From assembly GCA_016929115.1 (NCBI GenBank), contig JAFGJL010000010.1, positions 331 to 64,330 of the forward strand: a stretch of DNA of 64,000 nucleotides. The letters are read 5' to 3'. The notes beneath the pieces were generated by a model that was not told the origin of the DNA, made no database searches, and saw only the letters and a list, made by a program, of their open reading frames with translations. The stretch is from Candidatus Omnitrophota bacterium (GTDB lineage Bacteria; Omnitrophota; Gorgyraeia; 2-01-FULL-45-10). The translations under genes were made by a program, and so were the position numbers. Of the stretch, positions 26,507 through 36,163 are shown one piece after another; within the stretch, counting starts at the first letter, position 1; every line of letters starts with the position of its first letter.

Positions 26507-28303
26507 TTAGATATTTTGAGCGTTGATCTGCGTTTCGTGTAATTTTCTATATATACCCTGTTTATGGATCAGCTCCGAATGATTTCCGCTTTCAGCGATC
26601 CGTCCCTCATCCAAAACTATTATATTATCCGCATTATGTATCGTCGAAAGCCTGTGGGCTATTACGATCACTGTGCGGTTCTTCGACAGCTCGTCGAGCG
26701 CCCGCTGGATCTGCTTTTCTGTCCTGGTATCAAGATGGCTGGTGGCCTCATCAAGGATTAGTATCTCCGGATTCTGTATGATGGCCCTGGCTATCGACAT
26801 CCTCTGCCTCTGGCCGCCCGAGAGCTTAACGCCCCGCTCGCCGAAGATCGTATCATATCCCGCCGGAAGGCTCATGATATAATCATCTATGTCAGCGATC
26901 CTGGCAGCCGCCCTTATCTCGTTTTCCCGCACGCCTTGCCGGCCGTAGACTATATTATCCCGCGCCGACGCATTGAATATGAACACGTCCTGGGAGACGA
27001 CACCGATATTTTTTCTCCACGACCTGAGCTCAAATTCTTTCAGGTCGAACCCATCCATCGTGATCCTTCCTCCAGAGACGTCGTAGAACCTCAGGATGAG
27101 ATGCGCGATCGTCGTCTTGCCGGTCCCGGAAGAGCCGACTATGGCAGTGGTCTTATCTTTTGGCACGATGAACGACGCGCCGTCAAGGACCTTCTTATTG
27201 GCTTCATAGCTGAAACGGACATTTTCGAACCTTATCTCTCTCCTTAGCCCCTCAAAACGGCGTATGCCGTCCGCCATGGCGCTTTCGTCTATCCTTTTCA
27301 GGAAATCTTCGTAGGAATCAAACGCGCCGAGATAGCCGGCGGCCTCAGCCCTGCGGTCCTGGATGCCGCCGAAATCCGTCAACACGTTCTTCGAGACGTA
27401 AAGATAGGTGACGACATACGGCATCATCTTCATTACATCGATCGTTAGGACGCGTAACGCGACGATAAAGAGCCCAACGAATATACTTAAGAACGCTATC
27501 TGGCTGATAGGCATCATGAGTTCAGAGTGTTTCAGGTTCGAATAATTAAATCTATAGACATCATCCGAAGCATTCTTAAAGCGCTTCCGTTCGTAATCCT
27601 CGCCTGCGAATATGCGGATGACCCTTATGCCGTTTATCGCTTCGAGGACCGTAAAATTGAAACCGGCTATCGCTTTATTCACTGCGACGCCTATCTGCCG
27701 TATCCTTTTTACCACGAAAGACAGGGGGATGCGGATAACGATGAAGACCAGAAGGGCTATGAGCGTAAATTTCCATGACATAGCCGTAAGGATGACGAGA
27801 CCGACCGAAAGCCTCACGGCCATGGCGCAAATGCGCAAAACACAATTGATGAAGTTGCCTATCCTTGTCGTCTCATTGTACAAGCTGTTTATTATGAAAC
27901 CGCTCTTCGCCGAATCAAAAAAACCGATACCCGCAGACATCAGCCTGTCAAAAAGGTCAACCTGCAGATCCCTCGTCAGGAGAAAGCGCTGCTTGCTTAT
28001 CGCCACATTCCCTAAATAAAAGATCATGCTCCTCGCGATGAAAGAGGCCAGATAGAATATCAAGAGGATCGATATCACGTCGGGGCGGTCCCACCCGGCA
28101 AAAAAGGCACCCATCCTGTTTATTACAGGTATCCCCCGGAAGATGGTGTCGCTTCCCGATACCGCCTGCAGTATCGGGAAGAGCAGCCCTACATTGAAGA
28201 CTTCCAGGGCCGAGCCAAACACGATAAAAAGGAAGACAATAAGCGATAACGCCCAGTACTTTTTCAGGTAGAAAATCGTTTTCAGCATCTTATCGGTTAC
28301 CAT
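26507..28303 (-). CDS. ABC exporter, fused TMD-NBD (MsbA/PglK-like lipid-linked glycan flippase candidate)
   Basis: Walker A is GSSGTGKTT. The ABC signature is LSGGQRQRMSIARA. Walker B is ILILDEATSHLD. There is an N-terminal 6-TM domain. Confidence 0.85.
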   Translation of the reverse strand: MVTDKMLKTIFYLKKYWALSLIVFLFIVFGSALEVFNVGLLFPILQAVSGSDTIFRGIPVINRMGAFFAGWDRPDVISILLIFYLASFIARSMIFYLGNVAISKQRFLLTRDLQVDLFDRLMSAGIGFFDSAKSGFIINSLYNETTRIGNFINCVLRICAMAVRLSVGLVILTAMSWKFTLIALLVFIVIRIPLSFVVKRIRQIGVAVNKAIAGFNFTVLEAINGIRVIRIFAGEDYERKRFKNASDDVYRFNYSNLKHSELMMPISQIAFLSIFVGLFIVALRVLTIDVMKMMPYVVTYLYVSKNVLTDFGGIQDRRAEAAGYLGAFDSYEDFLKRIDESAMADGIRRFEGLRREIRFENVRFSYEANKKVLDGASFIVPKDKTTAIVGSSGTGKTTIAHLILRFYDVSGGRITMDGFDLKEFELRSWRKNIGVVSQDVFIFNASARDNIVYGRQGVRENEIRAAARIADIDDYIMSLPAGYDTIFGERGVKLSGGQRQRMSIARAIIQNPEILILDEATSHLDTRTEKQIQRALDELSKNRTVIVIAHRLSTIHNADNIIVLDEGRIAESGNHSELIHKQGIYRKLHETQINAQNI

Positions 28304-29799
28304 ATTTTCACCAGTTTGGCCAATTTCTTGCGTACGCTGAACGGCAAGAGCGGCAGGACAGCATCAGCTATGTTGTAAAGGAACATATAAGGAAGATAGA
28401 GCGCCGGCCTGTTCTTCCTGTAATAATCCAGCCTCGTCTCTTTCCTTATCATGAACGCCCATCGTTTCCACATCCTGTCAGGTGTTTTAGTAAGGTTGAT
28501 GAACGGCCTGCCTCCGTGCTCGCAGACCAGATCAAGATATTTTTCAAGGTCATCGATGAGCTTGTTCTCTTCCACATAATTCCATATAGGCGCTCCGGGC
28601 AGCGGCATAAGATAGTTCAGGGAATACTGATATCCGCCGACATCCTTCAGGAACCGGACCGTCTCCCGGATCGTATCTTTCGTCTCGGAAGGAGAGCCGA
28701 TAACTATCTGAACGACGCTCAGTATGCCTACCTTTTTGGTTGTAAGCACTGTTATATCCCTGTTCTTACTGCTCGATATGCCCTTTCTGTACTCCTTCAG
28801 TATGGTGTCTGACCCGGACTCCTGCCCATAGGAGATCTCGATACATCCGGTATCTTTCATACGGCGTAATATTTTTTCATCCATCTTATCGAGCCTTGCG
28901 CCCGCAACGATGTAGAAGATGTCGATCTTTTCCCTTTCTAACGCATCACAAAATTCATAGACCCATTCCTGACGGGAATTGAAAAGTTCATCGGCAAATG
29001 AAAAACCTTCGATCCCGTAGGTTTCCATGAGAAACTTGATCAGGCGTATCAGATAGCCGACGCTATGCTGCCTTATACCGTCCATGTGCCTGTAGCAGAA
29101 GCTGCATCTATGCGTACAGCCCCTGGCGGTAACGACCGGGAAATAATGCGTCCTGTTGCCTATGCGCGCCTTGATGTCGTTGTACAACGGATTTATCTCA
29201 AACAACATTTTATATGAAGCATAAAGGGTCGACACCGGCTCAAGATACCTCTTCACATCAACAAGATGGTAAGCGGGAAAAGGGATCGAGTCCAGGTCTT
29301 TTATCTGCTCGGGATTCTTATTCCTGGTTATTATCCCGTCCGATCGATGTGAAATGCCCGGAGTGCTTTTCCAGTCCCCGCCGGCCGCGACTTTATCAAG
29401 AAAATACGGCAAGGACGTTTCAACCTCACCGTGAAAAACCGCGTCTATCCCGGCATTTTCCAGAAGAAGGCGGGTGATAGAGGCAAGCGGCCCGCCGGCT
29501 ATCTGTAATATGCCGGGATAATTGGCCTTCACGAATTGAGAGAGCTTCTTTGTCCTGCCATACGAAGTAGATACGCCCCCGTACCCGATTATCGATGGTT
29601 TGAAAGATCCTATCAGCTCTGATATCTTGCTGAAATCTCCCGCATCGAATTTTTCTATATCTGAAGGGTCTAGATACGGATCATAGATAGCTGCCTTGTG
29701 CCCCTCTCTTTCGACGGCCGATCCGGCATACAACAATCCCTGCGGAAGCATGCTTCCGCCCCCTTTTCTCGACGGGCTATTTATCAAAAGGACGTTCAT
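28297..29799 (-). CDS. Cobalamin-binding (class B) radical SAM enzyme
   Basis: The B12-binding N-terminus is NVLLINSP...PQGLLYAGSAV. The CX3CX2C motif is TARGCTHRCSFC. The start is set at ATG 29799, with a verified ATGA overlap. The track ORF extends to 29835. Confidence 0.8.
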   Translation of the reverse strand: MNVLLINSPSRKGGGSMLPQGLLYAGSAVEREGHKAAIYDPYLDPSDIEKFDAGDFSKISELIGSFKPSIIGYGGVSTSYGRTKKLSQFVKANYPGILQIAGGPLASITRLLLENAGIDAVFHGEVETSLPYFLDKVAAGGDWKSTPGISHRSDGIITRNKNPEQIKDLDSIPFPAYHLVDVKRYLEPVSTLYASYKMLFEINPLYNDIKARIGNRTHYFPVVTARGCTHRCSFCYRHMDGIRQHSVGYLIRLIKFLMETYGIEGFSFADELFNSRQEWVYEFCDALEREKIDIFYIVAGARLDKMDEKILRRMKDTGCIEISYGQESGSDTILKEYRKGISSSKNRDITVLTTKKVGILSVVQIVIGSPSETKDTIRETVRFLKDVGGYQYSLNYLMPLPGAPIWNYVEENKLIDDLEKYLDLVCEHGGRPFINLTKTPDRMWKRWAFMIRKETRLDYYRKNRPALYLPYMFLYNIADAVLPLLPFSVRKKLAKLVKIW

Positions 29800-30977
29800 A
29801 CGTGCACCTTGATAGCATCCGAGACTATCTGCCAAAAAGGCTTGTCTTCCGAGACAGACCTTTTAATATATGATTCGATATATTCCCTATATGCCGTTTC
29901 ATCTATGGACAGCTCCCCGGCCAGATCGATATCGAGCGCTTCATCCACATTTACCGCCCGTTTATTGAACTGAGAAGCTATATCATCGATGACTCTCCCC
30001 TGCGCGCCCGCCTTCAACTCATTCGTCGTAACGCATATCAGCGGCTTTTTAAATAATATGGCATAGTTGATAGATGTGGTCGAATGCGCTATCACAAAAC
30101 TCGAACGCTTTACAAGCTCAACGGTCTTTCCCTTTATGACGGGCCTCTTCCCGAAGTAATCCGGAAGCTCCTCGTATTTTGAACGTGGATGCGCCGCAAT
30201 GACGACATCAAGACCGCTCTTCTTCTCCAGGAGGCTGAAGAACTTCCTCAGAGGCCCGTAATACTTGTCGGGCGTCGCGAACGGGGCATGTTTCACATAG
30301 AGGTAATCCCGGTGGAAGCAGATATCCTCATCCAGAAACAGGGCGAATGGTTTTTCGGCAACGGAGGCCTTTTCCTTTTCTTTCAGATAGATATCGTAAT
30401 CCAGCGCATGGGCCCACACTATCTTCGTATCGCCGTTCAGAGGATAGTATATATACTGGTTCGCGCTTATTTTTCCTCCTGCCAATAATAAGGCCGCGGG
30501 CCGGACACCGAAATACGCAAATGGCAGCCGGAGAAATATGGCGTTCGATATCTTGTCCGCAGTGAGCCGCCTGAGTCTGCGTAGCGCATCCGGTACCGTC
30601 GATCTGTTATTGCCCTTAGGCAGGGCATTTGCGGCGAACATGGCATACTCTATCCCTTTTCTGGAAATCGCCCTGAACATGGGATAAGAGTTCAGATCGT
30701 AAAAAACGAATGAGACCACAAATGACTTTTCCCGGATAGCTGAAACGGCCTTCAGGACTTCCTTTTTCGCACGAAAGAGGCGGTAACCATCGCAGTTGAT
30801 CGGGCTTTCCCCTGTGATCTTGGCATAGATATCCGGATGCAGCGCCGGAGTAAGGTCCCACACCTCTACTGCGAAACCGCTATCCTTCATGGTATCGACA
30901 CCGAACCTCTCGTAGTCCCTTTTGCAGAAAGGCGCTTCTACCATGTATATTATTTTAGATATTTTGGCCATACCCAT
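29796..30977 (-). CDS. Hypothetical GT-B-like protein with HP motif (TagF/KpsS-type fold)
   Basis: VVIAAHPRSKY...SFVIAHSTTSINYAILFKKPLI. There is no other recognisable domain. Confidence 0.4.
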   Translation of the reverse strand: MGMAKISKIIYMVEAPFCKRDYERFGVDTMKDSGFAVEVWDLTPALHPDIYAKITGESPINCDGYRLFRAKKEVLKAVSAIREKSFVVSFVFYDLNSYPMFRAISRKGIEYAMFAANALPKGNNRSTVPDALRRLRRLTADKISNAIFLRLPFAYFGVRPAALLLAGGKISANQYIYYPLNGDTKIVWAHALDYDIYLKEKEKASVAEKPFALFLDEDICFHRDYLYVKHAPFATPDKYYGPLRKFFSLLEKKSGLDVVIAAHPRSKYEELPDYFGKRPVIKGKTVELVKRSSFVIAHSTTSINYAILFKKPLICVTTNELKAGAQGRVIDDIASQFNKRAVNVDEALDIDLAGELSIDETAYREYIESYIKRSVSEDKPFWQIVSDAIKVHV

Positions 30978-31971
30978 CCGCCTGCTTATATAGACCCAGT
31001 CCGGACAAGACCGTCTTCACGCGGTATTTCAGCCGGATAAATCCCAGATGAGAACGCATCTTTAAATAATGCCCCTTGAGCCCGCCTCTCATTACAGGCG
31101 CCCCTTTCTTGAATATGCCGAACATATGCACCTTTTGTGCCGGGCCCTTCATTATGAGCCGCAGGCCGGCCTTTGAACAAAAATACTCCAATGTCCAAGG
31201 CGTGAAATAATAAGTGTGCGCGCCCTGCAGTTGCGAAATGCCGAAATTCATGATATTGGGGACGCCTATATATATGACGGACCCGTCGTGCATATGCTTT
31301 GTTATCTTTTTCAGCAAGCCGACGGGGTCCGGCAGGTGCTCCAGAACATGGTTTATGATGACTACGTCATATACGCCCCTGATATCGTTCGCATCGCCCT
31401 GAGCCATGTCTACGCCGTGCTTGCGCCCCAGTTCCACAAGGCTCGGGCTATACTCTATTCCGCGCGCTATCGCCCCCGCCTTTATGAAAGGCAGGAGATT
31501 CCATCCTCCGCCGGCGCCGAGCTCGATCACCGTTACCCCCGGCGTTATTTTCCTTGCCTTATCAACCGCTTCAAAGATATGGATCACGGAGCTGTCTTCG
31601 TATTTGCGTTTCTCGAATGCCTCGAGATAGTCATAACCTTCGTAACATCTCCTGTAAAGGTCCGATGAATAGAAATCGCGGGTTTGGGCTTCGGTCATCC
31701 TCGGATTGGACCGGATGAGGCCGCAATCGGTACACATGACCGTCTGCTGGAGTATGGCGTACCTGTCGATCGACGCTATCAGTACAAAATCCCGGCAACC
31801 GCACAGGCAAGGCGCTTCTTCAAACGCCACCCTGTTGTTTGTAATATCTTCGTTAAACTTCCCGATAAGCCGCAACTGGTCATCCGTCGTTGGCCCGACC
31901 GGTTTAGCCGCGGACGTGAACGGTTCGAACGGGAATAATATAGCGCCTGTTTTCATTTTAATCCCACTCAA
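30955..31971 (-). CDS. SAM-dependent methyltransferase with N-terminal Cys4 zinc-binding domain (paralog)
   Basis: CLCGC...CTDCG then IELGAGGG and VIINHVLEHL. Confidence 0.7.
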   Translation of the reverse strand: MSGIKMKTGAILFPFEPFTSAAKPVGPTTDDQLRLIGKFNEDITNNRVAFEEAPCLCGCRDFVLIASIDRYAILQQTVMCTDCGLIRSNPRMTEAQTRDFYSSDLYRRCYEGYDYLEAFEKRKYEDSSVIHIFEAVDKARKITPGVTVIELGAGGGWNLLPFIKAGAIARGIEYSPSLVELGRKHGVDMAQGDANDIRGVYDVVIINHVLEHLPDPVGLLKKITKHMHDGSVIYIGVPNIMNFGISQLQGAHTYYFTPWTLEYFCSKAGLRLIMKGPAQKVHMFGIFKKGAPVMRGGLKGHYLKMRSHLGFIRLKYRVKTVLSGLGLYKQADGYGQNI

Positions 31972-32839
31972 AATCTTCTTCGCGAAAATATCTCAGCTTA
32001 TATTTCACCTTCTCCTCTTCGGAGAATAAGACCTTCTCTCCTGTCCCGAGAAGGTCTTTTACGGCCCTTGCATCCCTCACTACGAGTTCCAATCCTCTTT
32101 TTTCCAAAGAAGCTGATTGGTCTGACCCGTACATGCTCCTGTCAAGAGTTATATGCCTTTCCAGGGCCACGGCGCCCAACGCAGCCGCAACCGTAGTCGG
32201 GCCTACGCCGTTCTCGTGGCCGCTGTAACCCACCGGGCAGTCATATCTCTTCCTGAAGACATCGATCATCTTTACGTTGCACCATTCGTCCGGGCACGGA
32301 TAGATCGAGACGCAGTGCATAAGGGTGAACGGGCAGTCATGCTTTCTGAAAAGGGCGACCACCCTGTCCACCTCATCCAACTTGCTCATGCCCGTCGAGA
32401 TAAAGGTGTGTTTGCCTTCCCTGGCTATCATCTCAACCAGGCCCTTGTGGGTAAGCATAGCCGACGCTATTTTGTTGAACGGCAGGTCGTACTGCCTCAG
32501 GAACTCCTGGCTCTTTTCATCCCATGCGGAAGCGAACCAGTGGATACCGATCTCTTTGCAATGCCTGTCAATGACATCGTATCCTGGCTTGCCCAGCTCA
32601 AGGGCCTCCTTCTGGGCCCTTTGCGTAGTCCCCCAGGGGCTCTGTCTCGGGGAATCGAGCACCTCTTTAGGGTAGACTATTTCTATAGTCCTCTTCTGGA
32701 ACTTTACAGCATCAGCCCCGCATTCCTTCGCCATATCAATCAACTTCTTTGCGATACCGACATCACCGTTGTGATTGATACCTACCTCGGCTATTATGAA
32801 CGGCAAGCTCTCCTCATTCTTATAAGGATCTATGCGCAT
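31958..32839 (-). CDS. NeuB-family (N-acetylneuraminate/pseudaminate/legionaminate synthase-type) PEP-condensing synthase, lacking C-terminal SAF domain
   Basis: IIAEVGINHNGD...KFQKR...ISTGMS...GYSGHE...ERHITLD. At 293 aa it is only the TIM-barrel domain. Confidence 0.85.
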   Translation of the reverse strand: MRIDPYKNEESLPFIIAEVGINHNGDVGIAKKLIDMAKECGADAVKFQKRTIEIVYPKEVLDSPRQSPWGTTQRAQKEALELGKPGYDVIDRHCKEIGIHWFASAWDEKSQEFLRQYDLPFNKIASAMLTHKGLVEMIAREGKHTFISTGMSKLDEVDRVVALFRKHDCPFTLMHCVSIYPCPDEWCNVKMIDVFRKRYDCPVGYSGHENGVGPTTVAAALGAVALERHITLDRSMYGSDQSASLEKRGLELVVRDARAVKDLLGTGEKVLFSEEEKVKYKLRYFREEDFEWD

Positions 32840-34757
32840 ACGATACCTCCTTTTTGCTCTCCGCCAATCCGTTCTCTTCCCTGTACTTCTTCACTGAAAT
32901 ATCCAGCGAATGCTTTGCATCGTTCGTTCTTGCCAGCTCGCACATAAAGGTTTGAATAAATCCGCCTATCCTTTCAGGCGCCAGGAGATCATCGAAATAA
33001 TTGAACTTCTGTCTCCATTCGGTAAAATCGCCTATCGTCCTGTCCCCTCCAGCCGCTTTAACGATCGCCGCCTTAAGGTCATCGAGTGAAAGATATACGA
33101 TCTTCTGCCCTGCGTCTGTCTGGAATGTGCGGTGGCGTATCCCGCCGCAGTCCCAGTGTATCGCGCGGCAACCATGGACAGCGGAAATGATGCCGGCGGA
33201 ATTAAGCCCGAAACATACCGAAAGGTCGGCTTGCCCGGATGCCGCAAGCGGATTATTTTGACGGTCCAGCATGACAAACCGCTTCTCTTTCGCAAGAGCG
33301 TCCATTCTCGAAACGATCTTTTCCCCTTCCGGCAACGACCGCAGGCGCGCCCTGTCACTATTCTTGCTCTTGACTATAGCGCCCCACCGCGGGTTATCTT
33401 CGATGAGGCCCAGTATCTCCAGATAGAACCTTGCCAGCGTAGCGGTCGAATACTGGATATTGTACCCTGCGGAGTTGTCGAATATCGCTATGACGAAATC
33501 CAGCCCGTCGCTAAAAGCCGGCTTCGGATCGAGGCCTCCCTCAGGCCGCATCATCCATAATCCGGAAGGCAGTATATTCCGGGGGGCATTGCCTATCTTT
33601 TCCATATATTCCCGGATCTCCTCCCCCCAAGTGAAATAGACATGGTGCGGAAAGATGTGGGTGGGAAGCGACAGGAAGTAGTAGTTAGACCAGTTATACC
33701 CTAACATGATGCCGCCGGCCGCCTCAACGGCCTTTGCCTGGACTTCCTGCCTCCAGAAAGCTTCCTGATGCTGGATCAGCACCTTCACCTGGAACCGCCT
33801 GAAGATCTTCTCATACAACAATAGATACAATTCATAATCAAAATAGAACAGCCGGAGCCACCGAGGCGATTTTTTAGTGAAGCGGCGGCGCCTTGGAAAC
33901 AGCCTGTTTAACTCGCTAAGCCTTATACCGCTCAGAGATATCATCGGGAAGAAATGAAGGTCGATCCATTTACATCCTCTCTTCCCGGCCATCTCGGCAA
34001 ACTTCAGCCGCAAGCCATCGTCGTTCCTGTCGAGATAATACACTACGTCGAATGCCTCTGCCTTGACGTGGCCGCGCCAGAAAAGAAAATCGACCATGCC
34101 CACATTGGCATATTCCACCCAGACAGCAGGCCTTGGCCGATCTATGTTCCCCCGCGCCTTTGCGGGGATAAACCTCGCCGCCAGAATAGCTAAAAAACAA
34201 AGAGCCGGTTTCGTAAAGAAACCCGCTGTTTCCATCACTCCGCATTCTTTTACGTCGAAATCCTTTTTCTCGTCGAACAGGAATATAACGGAGTTAAGAG
34301 GGTGCCTTTGTACATAGAGCACATGCCTGATATCTTTTGCGGTATTTTCCTGGCATTTTACCTTCGCCTCGACCATTGTCATGAACATAAAACGGTGGAG
34401 CAGGAAGCGGGCAAGGTAGGACTTAACCATCTTCCTGAACGAAGCGGGCTCTTCAGGTAGATATTGCATACAAAATTTTTCCAGGCATGTATCCGCCCGC
34501 ATCTGAGCCCGTTGGCTTAACGCAAATCCCTCGCCCTCCTTAAGATTCATCGATAGTCCGGCCTTATGAAAATTACGACATAGCCCGATCTTCCCGGCAA
34601 ACGGCATAAGGCGGGCTGCCGCACAGGATATCCTGTGCTCATCATACAGTATTTCGGCTCCGGAAAAGAAGCTTACGAACGACAAAGACAGCAGCTGTGC
34701 CAAACCCATCTTCTCAACCCATATTTTTTTTACACATCTTCTGCTTTCGCTATTCAT
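32820..34757 (-). CDS. Large hypothetical protein (645 aa), possible novel glycosyltransferase
   Basis: No signature motifs recognised. The C-terminal third has a GT-B-like pattern (VIAIFDNSAGYN...CFGLNSAGIISAVHG). The true start is probably downstream of the first ATG. Confidence 0.35.
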   Translation of the reverse strand: MNSESRRCVKKIWVEKMGLAQLLSLSFVSFFSGAEILYDEHRISCAAARLMPFAGKIGLCRNFHKAGLSMNLKEGEGFALSQRAQMRADTCLEKFCMQYLPEEPASFRKMVKSYLARFLLHRFMFMTMVEAKVKCQENTAKDIRHVLYVQRHPLNSVIFLFDEKKDFDVKECGVMETAGFFTKPALCFLAILAARFIPAKARGNIDRPRPAVWVEYANVGMVDFLFWRGHVKAEAFDVVYYLDRNDDGLRLKFAEMAGKRGCKWIDLHFFPMISLSGIRLSELNRLFPRRRRFTKKSPRWLRLFYFDYELYLLLYEKIFRRFQVKVLIQHQEAFWRQEVQAKAVEAAGGIMLGYNWSNYYFLSLPTHIFPHHVYFTWGEEIREYMEKIGNAPRNILPSGLWMMRPEGGLDPKPAFSDGLDFVIAIFDNSAGYNIQYSTATLARFYLEILGLIEDNPRWGAIVKSKNSDRARLRSLPEGEKIVSRMDALAKEKRFVMLDRQNNPLAASGQADLSVCFGLNSAGIISAVHGCRAIHWDCGGIRHRTFQTDAGQKIVYLSLDDLKAAIVKAAGGDRTIGDFTEWRQKFNYFDDLLAPERIGGFIQTFMCELARTNDAKHSLDISVKKYREENGLAESKKEVSYAHRSL

Positions 34758-34768
34758 ATTGCCCCGCG

Positions 34769-36163
34769 TTAAGCGTGCCGGAAACCTCGAAAAGCGGCAT
34801 CCTTTTCCAGATAAAGCGCTTTTGACTGCCGTATCGACTCGGACAGCTTTTTGCCGAAATAGTTCTCAAGGAGCCTTACGTTAGCCTCTAAAAGGCACCT
34901 GTGGAATTCATCGTCTTCCATATCCGTGAAGTTCACGCTCAAAAGGTCGGAATTGACATGCTTATGCTCATAAAAATCCTCGCAGTCCTTAAGCAACCCT
35001 TTTGTGATAGCGTGATAATACAAGGGAGACCCGGGATAAGGCGTAACAGGCCGTATGGTCCTGATCTGGGACCCGTCGTCATACTTCAAAAGGAACTCCA
35101 CGCCTTTTTCCAGAGTCTCTTTGTCCTCGCCGATGTTCCCGAATATGATATTGAGGCCCGGGCTTATGCCGACCTCAAGCGTGTTCTCGATCCCCTTTAT
35201 CACCTGCTCGGTCGTCAGGGCCTTGTTCATGTTCTTGAGTATGCGGTCATCCATGGCCTCTATACCGTAGTTGACAAATACGCACCCTGCCTTCTTCATC
35301 AGCTCAAGCACCTTCTTCGTGGCAAAGTTGAGCCTGCCGTTGCAATACCAGTTTATGCCGAGCCCCGCACGAAGAAAATCCTCGCACAGCTCCGTCGTCC
35401 TCGCCTCCGAGCACATGAAAAGATCGTCGCAGAAAGATATGTAGGTGACGTTATACCTGTCCTTGAGCGTCTTTATCTCGTCTATTATGCTCTTGGCTGT
35501 CCTTGGGCGGAACCCCTTGTCCATCCTGTAGCAGAAATTGCACTTATAAGGGCAGCCCCGGCCCGTTATTATAGGAAGACCTTTCTGGTTGTGTTTGATA
35601 TTGGGAAAACGGAACAGGGAGTAATATTCCATGTTAAAGAGATCCCATGCCGGATACGGTATCGAATCGAGGTCCTTTATCAGCGGCCGCGATGGCGTCT
35701 GGATGAACTTTCCGCTCTCTTTGTCTATATAGGCTATGCCCTTAACATCTTTCCACGGAGAATCATTTTCGATGGCCTTGCATAACTCCACGATAGTCTT
35801 TTCGCCCTCGCCTGTCACGACAGCGTCCGCTTCCGTCTTCTTCAGGAAATACTGCGGCTCAGGCGACGGGCCGTGCCCGCCGATGACATAGACCGGCCTG
35901 TTCTTTGACTTATTTACGGCCTCGGATATCTTGAGCAATTTCCTGTATTGGTAATATCCGCCCGAAACGCCCATGCCCACCAGGTCAAACCGGTGTTCAT
36001 CAAGATAAGCGGTGATATGCCCCTCCGGAAGATGGCCCGCATCCTGCTGATAGACGGTCACATCGTGCCCCGCCTCCCTCAGCGCGGCCGCGACGTATCC
36101 CAATCCCAGAGGGAACCAGTGCAGGAACGAATCGTTGTCATAGGCTATCAAGAGTATCTTCAT
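34769..36163 (-). CDS. Cobalamin-binding (class B) radical SAM enzyme
   Basis: The B12-binding N-terminus is KILLIAY...PLGLGYVAAAL. The CX3CX2C motif is GRGCPYKCNFC. Confidence 0.8.
   Translation of the reverse strand: MKILLIAYDNDSFLHWFPLGLGYVAAALREAGHDVTVYQQDAGHLPEGHITAYLDEHRFDLVGMGVSGGYYQYRKLLKISEAVNKSKNRPVYVIGGHGPSPEPQYFLKKTEADAVVTGEGEKTIVELCKAIENDSPWKDVKGIAYIDKESGKFIQTPSRPLIKDLDSIPYPAWDLFNMEYYSLFRFPNIKHNQKGLPIITGRGCPYKCNFCYRMDKGFRPRTAKSIIDEIKTLKDRYNVTYISFCDDLFMCSEARTTELCEDFLRAGLGINWYCNGRLNFATKKVLELMKKAGCVFVNYGIEAMDDRILKNMNKALTTEQVIKGIENTLEVGISPGLNIIFGNIGEDKETLEKGVEFLLKYDDGSQIRTIRPVTPYPGSPLYYHAITKGLLKDCEDFYEHKHVNSDLLSVNFTDMEDDEFHRCLLEANVRLLENYFGKKLSESIRQSKALYLEKDAAFRGFRHA

Noticed and set aside
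29800-29835. 12-aa N-terminal extension of the B12-rSAM gene (track ORF 28297..29835)
   Set aside because: The ATG at 29799 gives a verified ATGA junction with the upstream stop and directly precedes the conserved B12-binding N-terminus (NVLLINSP).
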